Positions 7,595 through 14,756 of a DNA stretch of 64,000 nt are shown one piece after another. Numbering within the stretch: the stretch's first letter is position 1; every line of letters starts with the position of its first letter. Source of the stretch: a virus (Duplodnaviria > Caudoviricetes); IMG/VR virus record IMGVR_UViG_3300033074_000806, positions 1-64,000 of that record. One strand, given 5' to 3'. The position numbers and the translations under genes were made by a program. Under the pieces are notes generated by a model. That model saw only the letters and a program-made list of their open reading frames with translations, ran no database searches and was not told where the DNA came from.

Positions 7595-7616
7595 AGCAAA
7601 CGCAAGCTACGAACAT
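7524..7616 (-). CDS. 30-aa zinc-ribbon micropeptide
   Basis: MFVACVCCGEIFQLPEGSYQPVCNVCRRAD, GGAG 8 nt upstream, just downstream of palindrome 7638. Confidence 0.5.
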   Translation of the reverse strand: MFVACVCCGEIFQLPEGSYQPVCNVCRRAD

Positions 7617-7678
7617 GTGCATGACTCCAACAGAACGCTGTCATTTAATTGATAGGTAGACAGCATCACCTATTTGAC

Positions 7679-8176
7679 TCAGAACTCGGCACTGGCCGTG
7701 TGAGAGTCAGTATCTTGGAAGCTGCCATCCGGGTTGAGAATCCAAGACCCACGAGTCTTCCCAGGGTTGGCAGCACTGATCTTCTGCATGAATCGAGCCA
7801 GCCCACGTTCCAGGGACCTGATGAACAGGCTTGTTTCGTGGTCCATGTTGGTGGCGTTGGGGTTCTTCCTATTGGACAGGAAGAACTTGTAGGACTTGAA
7901 CAGCAGCTTGGCCTTCTCGAACGACGGGTTCCAGACAAACAGGCCGAACTTGCCAGTGATCTTGCCCTTGCTAGCCTCGACCGTCCTGCTGCTGGGCACG
8001 AACTTGAAGACGAACGTGCCGTCGTTGATGGTGAGAAGGGTAAGGGAAGAGGGGTTGCTGGTAGCGGGCGTCTTGAGGCATGCATCACAGACAGCATCCT
8101 CAGGATTGAGCAGCATGAAGTGGGGAAGGTTGGACTTGTAGTCCACACCACAGACGTCACAGCGAACGAGTGTCAT
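7679..8176 (-). CDS. Hypothetical protein with N-terminal CxxC...CxxC zinc finger
   Basis: CDVC...CDAC; AAGGAG RBS. Confidence 0.75.
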   Translation of the reverse strand: MTLVRCDVCGVDYKSNLPHFMLLNPEDAVCDACLKTPATSNPSSLTLLTINDGTFVFKFVPSSRTVEASKGKITGKFGLFVWNPSFEKAKLLFKSYKFFLSNRKNPNATNMDHETSLFIRSLERGLARFMQKISAANPGKTRGSWILNPDGSFQDTDSHTASAEF

Positions 8177-8283
8177 TGCAGATCTCCTTGGTCACAGACC
8201 AATAAGGACACGGAACAGAACGACGATGATCAAAATAATGATCATCCTGGTGCCAGTGGTATTCTGGCAGTGACGGTAGGGTC

Positions 8284-8727
8284 TCACTTGTTGATCTCCT
8301 GGTTGTAGAACTTGGTGACGTTCTTGACCCAGTGCCTGTTGAGGCCTGTTGGATCATTGTCTGCACCCACTGGGCAGTAGCGATTGCCAAGCAGTGGTAT
8401 GAATGTGCCCATGTTACTGGGCCTACCTTGCCGCACCCACTCCTTGTAGACGGTAGCAGCACACCATCCAGCCTGGGTATCCAGGTTGGTATCTATGGCC
8501 CTAGGGTGTAGAACACCGAACTCCCTGCCTGCCCTACCATTCTCAGCCCTCCTAATGGCATACACCACAGGGGACAACAGGGCAATGTGCTCACTAGGTA
8601 TGTTCCTAGTGATAGCAGCATCGATGACAGCACGCTCAGGGTTGTTGCTGTGCTTGAGCTGCTTGACCTTAGTGGTGAGCAGACCAACACACACCACACA
8701 GAGGAAGAAGATGATGAATGCTCTCAT
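8284..8727 (-). CDS. Membrane-anchored lysozyme-fold / glucosaminidase-like murein hydrolase
   Basis: N-terminal hydrophobic helix; AIRRAENG catalytic-Glu-like motif; C-terminal RYCPVGADNDPTGLNRHWVKNV typical of phage glucosaminidase-like domains. Confidence 0.6.
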   Translation of the reverse strand: MRAFIIFFLCVVCVGLLTTKVKQLKHSNNPERAVIDAAITRNIPSEHIALLSPVVYAIRRAENGRAGREFGVLHPRAIDTNLDTQAGWCAATVYKEWVRQGRPSNMGTFIPLLGNRYCPVGADNDPTGLNRHWVKNVTKFYNQEINK

Positions 8728-8876
8728 TGGGCTTGCTCCTTGAGCATGAGCTGCTTGGTGAGCTCATACATGAACTTGAACCACAACAACGTGTTGTAGT
8801 CCATCTTGTTGTTCTTGAACAAGATCTCAGCTTGTCCAAGCTTGATCGCGTAATCAGTGAAGAGGCGAGTAGCCAT
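8724..8876 (-). CDS. 50-aa hypothetical protein, first gene of the leftward arm
   Basis: Hand translation MATRLFTDYAIKLGQAEILFKNNKMDYNTLLWFKFMYELTKQLMLKEQAQ; GGAG RBS; ATGA overlap with next gene. Confidence 0.6.
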   Translation of the reverse strand: MATRLFTDYAIKLGQAEILFKNNKMDYNTLLWFKFMYELTKQLMLKEQAQ

Positions 8877-9102
8877 GGAAATCTCCATTAAAAGAAGACC
8901 GGGTGGGCGTGAAACTCAACATGAGTCTCCTTTACTAAGCACCCAAACCCAACACTATTACCTGTCTATTTAGTGATTAGCTGTCTTTTTATTGATAGAA
9001 TCCCTATTAAATTTACAGCCGGTCTATTTTTAAAAAATTTTACTATAATTTTTTTACACGCGTTAAGGGTTCTCGCTAAACACATACAGAGGGATTTTCT
9101 CT

Positions 9103-9474
9103 ATGGAACACATCGAACAAATAAAAAATTTGATTATTGAAAATCAAGAAATACTATCTCGCTTCATAAAAGAGATACAGGGACATAATGTTTCCTTAGA
9201 GACCTTAGAGCAAGAGATTAACTTCTTAAAAGATTTACATCAGCAGCTGTCGTTATTGGTTAGAGATGACGCAGATAACTCGTTACTAATTAGAATATCC
9301 AGACTAGAGGGATCTGTAGATGAGTTTCGTCTCTACTTAGAAACAAGGGAAGGTCAAGATGATAGTGCTGATAAGAAAGCAGGGCATAATCGGTTGGCGG
9401 TTATTATAGCTTTGATAACTAGTATTACTAGTTTGTTATCCCAATTATTGGAGGCTATATTCGGTAAGCATTAG
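9103..9474 (+). CDS. Coiled-coil protein with C-terminal TM helix (holin-like architecture)
   Basis: Heptad-rich body, LAVIIALITSITSLL tail. Confidence 0.55.
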   Translation: MEHIEQIKNLIIENQEILSRFIKEIQGHNVSLETLEQEINFLKDLHQQLSLLVRDDADNSLLIRISRLEGSVDEFRLYLETREGQDDSADKKAGHNRLAVIIALITSITSLLSQLLEAIFGKH

Positions 9475-9486
9475 ATTTTTTATTAA

Positions 9487-10146
9487 ATGGAAGAGGTGTT
9501 CCCTATGAGAACTTTATTTATGGCAGCTCTTCTAGTTACTAACTCCTGCGGGGTCATTGACTCACCAGTTACATCTACTAGCATTAGGTTTTACTCTGTG
9601 GCGCATGTTACGGTTGATACTACTTTTGGTAAAATATCCGGAACAGCCGCGCCGATTGATCAAAAAACTGACACTGCGTATTTTTTAACATGTGCGCATG
9701 TTGTAGATAAGGCAGCTGGAGAAATTAGATTAAGAATTTTCTCTGATGGTATTCTGCTAGACAATGTTCTAGCTTCAGTAGTAGGCAAGGATGAAAAATT
9801 AGACATTGCGCTTATTACCTGTAAAACGGCTGTAAAGCTTCTATTTCCAGCTATTACCCGCAATCCTATTCAAAATAATGACAGCTGTATAACCCTTAGC
9901 TGTCCTCTTGGGGAAGATCCAGTTTTCACCCAAGGAAGAATTTCTATCCGTAGCGGAGAGACTATTTCTAGTGCCGATGCAGCACCAGGCTCCTCCGGTG
10001 GAGGAATCTATGACGCAAATACTGGAGAGCTACTCGGTATCTCGAAAGCGATATTCAGGGCCGGCCAATATGAATATCACCATATGAACTTGTTTACACC
10101 AGCACCAGCTATATTATCTTGGCTGGAAAGGATTAAAGCAGCATGA
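9487..10146 (+). CDS. Trypsin-like serine protease, probable lipoprotein
   Basis: Catalytic triad motifs TCAHVV, LDIALI, APGSSGGG; signal-like MRTLFMAALLVTNSC. Confidence 0.85.
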   Translation: MEEVFPMRTLFMAALLVTNSCGVIDSPVTSTSIRFYSVAHVTVDTTFGKISGTAAPIDQKTDTAYFLTCAHVVDKAAGEIRLRIFSDGILLDNVLASVVGKDEKLDIALITCKTAVKLLFPAITRNPIQNNDSCITLSCPLGEDPVFTQGRISIRSGETISSADAAPGSSGGGIYDANTGELLGISKAIFRAGQYEYHHMNLFTPAPAILSWLERIKAA

Positions 10147-10331
10147 CGTACAACAAACTTGTTATTTGGACTTGTGATAAGGCTAGTTGTGAACAAGTAA
10201 ATAGACGAGAAATAAAGAGTAACTTTATTATAAATGATGATGTTTGTGATCGGTGTCACAAACCTATACACGAGCCTTTAGTATCAGAAATTATTATAGA
10301 TAAGAAACATGAACAGCGAAGAAAACAATAA
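10143..10331 (+). CDS. Small Cys-rich (zinc-binding) protein
   Basis: CDKASC...CDRC; overlaps both neighbours. Confidence 0.55.
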   Translation: MTYNKLVIWTCDKASCEQVNRREIKSNFIINDDVCDRCHKPIHEPLVSEIIIDKKHEQRRKQ

Positions 10332-10680
10332 AGCGTATGAGAGACCACCAATGCCAGAAGCCGCTCAAGGAACTGGCACATATCTAATCAGAACCAACTT
10401 TGGGTTCCTAGATCAAGAACTGGATCTAGTAGATGATATTTTAGAGGGTGGAAAGAGAACCCGCCGCTTTGGAGCTTGGCTAGGGATCCATGTGGTCCCT
10501 GGCCTAGACAAGGCAACTACAATACGAGGACCGGTTTTACTACCTCAGCCTCCGAATGTTTTTATTGACGCTGATAGTTTGGATCAGTTAAGGGCTCGGT
10601 TGTATTATGAGATAGATACTATGATACAAACGGCCAAGGATATCTTAGCAGATGAAGCGTCAAATAAAAAAGATAATTGA
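10309..10680 (+). CDS. Hypothetical protein
   Basis: 123-aa ORF in tightly packed operon. Confidence 0.7.
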   Translation: MNSEENNKAYERPPMPEAAQGTGTYLIRTNFGFLDQELDLVDDILEGGKRTRRFGAWLGIHVVPGLDKATTIRGPVLLPQPPNVFIDADSLDQLRARLYYEIDTMIQTAKDILADEASNKKDN

Positions 10681-10709
10681 TAACAATAATCAAATTTTGG
10701 ATTATTTAA

Positions 10710-11081
10710 ATGATAACAACTACAGATCAGATTCTAGCAAGAATAGAAAGCTGCCTCACACTCGATCCGAAAGATCCGACAGCTCTAAGGATCCAGATAG
10801 ACAAAATTATTCACTACCTCCACGAATTCCGGATGATAGTTCCTCCGAAGCAGTATGAAGAGTTAGTGAAGAAATTTTTATCAACAAAAGTATTAAATAA
10901 AGCTGCTCTTGGTGATAAAAGGACATTTCCGGCAATCAGTAAAGCATTACTGATAATGGCGAATGATTTGTTAGAACGAGCTGCCAATCAAGAAATAATT
11001 GACATTATGACTGATAAAAGCAGCGCGATAGATAAAGAAGTAGAAAAATATCTTAAAGATAAAAAAGAAAAAGGAGCGTGA
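10710..11081 (+). CDS. Hypothetical protein
   Basis: 123-aa helical ORF in operon. Confidence 0.7.
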   Translation: MITTTDQILARIESCLTLDPKDPTALRIQIDKIIHYLHEFRMIVPPKQYEELVKKFLSTKVLNKAALGDKRTFPAISKALLIMANDLLERAANQEIIDIMTDKSSAIDKEVEKYLKDKKEKGA

Positions 11082-11089
11082 TCTAATTT

Positions 11090-11428
11090 ATGACTAAGGT
11101 TGAAGATTTAAGACAGAAAGCTCAGAAGCTTCGCGAGGAAGCAAAAGTTTTAGATTCACAGGCTGATAAATTAGAAGAGCCTATAGTAAAGCTACAAAAG
11201 AAAGTAGCTGAATTGGAGAAAGAAATTGCTGCTCTAAAGAGTAGACCCTACATGCAAGTCTGGCCGTGGTATGATCATTATCCGTTCTGGACCACGACTA
11301 ATCGGCATACTCTAATAGGCAGTGAGTATGAAGCGTTTAATAATGGGATGTCTCCAGCAAATCAAGTTTTTACTATTTCCAGTGATAGTTATGCTTGGTC
11401 AGACCAGTCACTAGCTAATAGACTATGA
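11090..11428 (+). CDS. Coiled-coil hypothetical protein
   Basis: N-terminal heptad repeats; AGGAG upstream. Confidence 0.7.
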   Translation: MTKVEDLRQKAQKLREEAKVLDSQADKLEEPIVKLQKKVAELEKEIAALKSRPYMQVWPWYDHYPFWTTTNRHTLIGSEYEAFNNGMSPANQVFTISSDSYAWSDQSLANRL

Positions 11429-11712
11429 ACGAAGATATAGAAAATTTTGATAAGCTTTATGCCACCAATCCTCAGGTGGTTAAGCTAACTAGCGACGGCA
11501 ACACAGTTACTATCTCTTGTGATGGAGATGAGCTAGTGGCCAGCGCTGATAACAAATTAATTTGGAATATAGCTAGCATGTTAGCACTACATGCTAATAG
11601 CAGACTAGCAAATATGTTTGATGACAGTAACGGGCAGCATCATGTAGAAATTCTAAATATAGACTTTAATAATGTTGCTCTACAATCAGATATCAAATGG
11701 GAAGCGATTTAA
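11425..11712 (+). CDS. Hypothetical protein
   Basis: ATGA overlap with previous gene. Confidence 0.65.
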   Translation: MNEDIENFDKLYATNPQVVKLTSDGNTVTISCDGDELVASADNKLIWNIASMLALHANSRLANMFDDSNGQHHVEILNIDFNNVALQSDIKWEAI

Positions 11713-11852
11713 CTAGCTTAGTGGCATAATCTACTACAATAAAGAACCATAATTTATAATTAATGGAAATTAGTCGAAAAGACTTAACAAAGATTATCGC
11801 CACTAAACTTTTATGTCACTGGATAAACTAGCGCACCAATTACTAACTAACG

Positions 11853-12692
11853 ATGAATGTAGACGATATATATCCAGAAAATATAAAGACCAATTTGACT
11901 GGTTCGAACGATTCTGTAAACAATCAGGACCAAGCTGCCCCTTCGCGCGAGCTGCCCTCAAGCACATCTATTCCAAAGAATCAGTTGACTGTCAAGAAAG
12001 ATTTCTTTCTTCCCTCGACTCTGGGCGGTGGGACTATACCTGAGATAGCAAACAGTATTACTAACGAAATACTTGGCACAGAGACTGACAATAAAGCTAA
12101 ACAGGTATTAAATAAATTTTTCAATAGAACGGCCCGCGGATTTAGCGCAGGGCTATCTATGATGTGCAAGGGAACGAGATGTCCCTTTATTAAATACTGT
12201 CCTCTACATGAGGCCGCCGTAGCTCTCCCAATAGGACAACAATGTCCTGTTGAAGATGGATTAATACAGATGTGGGTAAATAAACATTTACAAGCACTGT
12301 CAATTATTGATCCTTATGATCCAGAAAATAGCTTTGATATGGATATAGTTTATGAGATTGCTGCGCATGAACTCCTAAAATACAGAGCATCGTTACATCT
12401 ATCTGAAAAGGGCGCCCTCATAGAAGAGAAACAAGTTGGAGGAACACCCACTGGTGATCAGATCTTCCAGGATATACTATCCCCAATTCTTGAGGCACTA
12501 CAATATCACAGTCGTGTTTCGTCTAAATTAAGGGAGTCACTAGTAGCCACGCGCGAAGCGCAAATTAACGCCGGTCGCCAGCTTGCAGATCCCAATGAGA
12601 GAAGTAACGCAATCTTAAATAAGGCTAGAGAAGTATTAAAGAAAAGACTTAAAGACAAGGACATTAAAGACGCTGACTTTGAAGTTAAGTGA
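11853..12692 (+). CDS. Cys-motif protein, candidate terminase small subunit
   Basis: CKGTRCPFIKYCPL...CPVE cluster followed by helical region; upstream of TerL; function inferred from position and architecture. Confidence 0.4.
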   Translation: MNVDDIYPENIKTNLTGSNDSVNNQDQAAPSRELPSSTSIPKNQLTVKKDFFLPSTLGGGTIPEIANSITNEILGTETDNKAKQVLNKFFNRTARGFSAGLSMMCKGTRCPFIKYCPLHEAAVALPIGQQCPVEDGLIQMWVNKHLQALSIIDPYDPENSFDMDIVYEIAAHELLKYRASLHLSEKGALIEEKQVGGTPTGDQIFQDILSPILEALQYHSRVSSKLRESLVATREAQINAGRQLADPNERSNAILNKAREVLKKRLKDKDIKDADFEVK

Positions 12693-13618
12693 TGGATGTT
12701 CTCGAAGCTATAAAAGGCTCGGCGCTAACTGAGAAAATTCTCAGCCATAAGGGTAAACTATTATCCTTAGGTCTTTTAGGAGGTCTTGCTTATGCCCTTT
12801 ATCACTCTAAAGATAATAAGACAGGCTATTTGTCTGCTTCAGCTCTTGGAAAACGCGGCGTAGAGCTTGAGCACTATTTAAGCGGAATAGAAGACTCTGA
12901 TGCTGCTAGCGTAAGCACTCTCGCCTCTGGCGAGACCTTCCATAAGGTGCTACAGAATTTATTTAGTGACACCGTTGGAGCTGAATACGAAGTTCCTGTT
13001 GTTGATAAAGCTTTAAGAATCAAAGGCCGCGTTGATGTGTTATTACCAAATAACATTCCTGTCGAAGTAAAAACTATAAGCAGCACAGGCTTTGAACGCC
13101 TCTCCAAGCCGCTAGAATCCCACGAATCTCAGCTAAATTTCTACCTCCATGCTAGAAAGGCTAGATACGGGTATGTCCTATATGTTGATAGCTCAAACAT
13201 ACAAAATACACGGGCTTTTCAAGTAGGCTATAGTCCGGGTAGGCTTATAGCTGATGTGTATAATGCTAGAGACTATATGGCACTAAATTCAACTAAAGTG
13301 TCAAAAAATGCTTATAGCTGGCTATCAGAAAATTATTCAGCTAATATGCTTAAAGCTCCAGCTATTAGAAATGAGATGGGCGGTCCAGCATCATTTGCCA
13401 GCATATCTCCTTCTGATGAATTCCCAGGGGGTAGAGCAAATAGCTTGAGACAGGCATCAAATTATTATATAGTCCAAAAATCAAAAAATTGCTCTATACC
13501 AACAATGGGGCTGACTATTCGTAATCATGAGACAGCTATAGGCCATAAATCAAGATCAAAAGGCGCTAAAAGAAGTAGACCTACTGTCCTTTACAATGGA
13601 TCTAGAAGATACAGATAA
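12689..13618 (+). CDS. PD-(D/E)XK (Cas4/RecB-like) nuclease with N-terminal hydrophobic segment
   Basis: GETFH, EYEV, KGRVD, VEVKT, QLNFY motifs. Confidence 0.75.
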   Translation: MMDVLEAIKGSALTEKILSHKGKLLSLGLLGGLAYALYHSKDNKTGYLSASALGKRGVELEHYLSGIEDSDAASVSTLASGETFHKVLQNLFSDTVGAEYEVPVVDKALRIKGRVDVLLPNNIPVEVKTISSTGFERLSKPLESHESQLNFYLHARKARYGYVLYVDSSNIQNTRAFQVGYSPGRLIADVYNARDYMALNSTKVSKNAYSWLSENYSANMLKAPAIRNEMGGPASFASISPSDEFPGGRANSLRQASNYYIVQKSKNCSIPTMGLTIRNHETAIGHKSRSKGAKRSRPTVLYNGSRRYR

Positions 13619-14229
13619 TGTCAATAATGTCAAAAATATTGAATAGCACCCTTGGCGGGGCTTTAAAAACTGGTAGTAAGAAAGCTTTTACTACTACTAG
13701 AGGTCGCGGTATCTTAATGGCTGCTGCTGGCTATTACGGTGGCAACTATGCCATGGATAAGGTTAAGCAAGACCTATCAGCTGAATACGGCTCTCAAGTT
13801 TATGACAGTCGTTATTCCACTGGAGAAGGCCTGGCTAGGAATCTATTAGCAGGCGCGTCATTAACTAGTTTCGCTGTCGGTGGTATCTTTGGTAGATCAG
13901 TAGTCGGCACCTTAGCTAAAACAACTGGAAAAATAGCAACTAAGCCATTTCGAAGAAGATTAACAGCCGAATCAAAAATACCTATAACTGAGCACACTAG
14001 AAATTCAGTAAAAACAAAACCATATGCTTCAATAAAGCATAGAAAAAGTTTGATCTTTGCTGGTATGGTTGCTGGTCTTGGGTATGGATATAATAGTTCT
14101 ATTCGAAAACCAGTTGCTTTAGAAGGTCGTAATGTAGAAATATATGGACAGTCCGCCGTATCTAAAATGAATTTTGACACAGCTGGTCTTGTTCAATCAA
14201 TACACAATAATCGCAGAAGGTTAATGTAA
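13618..14229 (+). CDS. Gly/Ala-rich basic protein (possible virion/ejection protein)
   Basis: Several Gly-rich hydrophobic segments; TAATG coupling. Confidence 0.55.
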   Translation: MSIMSKILNSTLGGALKTGSKKAFTTTRGRGILMAAAGYYGGNYAMDKVKQDLSAEYGSQVYDSRYSTGEGLARNLLAGASLTSFAVGGIFGRSVVGTLAKTTGKIATKPFRRRLTAESKIPITEHTRNSVKTKPYASIKHRKSLIFAGMVAGLGYGYNSSIRKPVALEGRNVEIYGQSAVSKMNFDTAGLVQSIHNNRRRLM

Positions 14230-14750
14230 TGGGGATATACGATCAATTAATTGATCCACAAGGGAATAGATCGAGCCGATCTGCAGCTGATTCATATGGC
14301 ATGATAGGCCTAGATTTAGGCCTTGGACTGTTTGGAAATTGGGTAGGAAAAAAGGTTGCTAGATCAACGTTTAGATCAACGATGTCTCAGGCAAAAAAAT
14401 ATGACAACATCATTGGTCCATTATTGCCTGGACATTCTGAAAGACTTAGATCGGGCGCAAAAGCCTCCTACCGCAGTTGGAAAAGAACAGGTAAAAGTTT
14501 GTCTAATCTAGGCTGGTTGGCTGGAACTATATCCTTAATTGATCTCGCGATAGGATTGGGTAGTTCAATGGCTAATCCAATTGTAGGAAGAGACATGTCT
14601 ATCGATCAGGTATACGCTGGTAACGAGCTAATGCTAGATACCCGTACAGCTTACACACAAAGACAGCGCAGCCTAATGGCAATTCACGATAGTCAGTTGT
14701 CAATTGGTAGAGCTTTAATCGGCCAGGAAAGTCAATATTTACATAGGTAG
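14229..14750 (+). CDS. Gly-rich protein (possible virion/ejection protein)
   Basis: Gly-rich hydrophobic segments; TAATG coupling. Confidence 0.55.
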   Translation: MGIYDQLIDPQGNRSSRSAADSYGMIGLDLGLGLFGNWVGKKVARSTFRSTMSQAKKYDNIIGPLLPGHSERLRSGAKASYRSWKRTGKSLSNLGWLAGTISLIDLAIGLGSSMANPIVGRDMSIDQVYAGNELMLDTRTAYTQRQRSLMAIHDSQLSIGRALIGQESQYLHR

Positions 14751-14756
14751 AAAAGA

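Larger units (their letters stand above)
1419..8998. promoter_or_regulatory. Dispersed 18-bp palindrome CTRTCA-N6-TGAYAG (~11 copies)
   Basis: Copies start at 1419, 1852, 2211, 2692, 2960, 3146, 3461, 3493, 3725, 7638, 8981; AT-rich 6-bp spacer; mostly directly upstream of minus-strand genes. Confidence 0.8.

Noticed and set aside
3896-8799. Plus-strand ORFs such as 4503-5180, 6056-6754, 6806-7324, 7649-8308
   Set aside because: Antisense shadows of GC-rich minus-strand genes; no motifs or RBS
1419-8998. Repeated palindromes as a CRISPR array
   Set aside because: Copies are 18 bp, degenerate, irregularly spaced and separated by genes rather than constant-length spacers; no cas operon
11813-12043. 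76-aa ORF overlapping the candidate small terminase
   Set aside because: Almost entirely overlaps the longer 279-aa ORF in another frame; cannot be supported independently
12689-13618. Cas4 as evidence of a CRISPR-Cas system
   Set aside because: Stand-alone PD-(D/E)XK nuclease without Fe-S cysteines, cas1/cas2 or array
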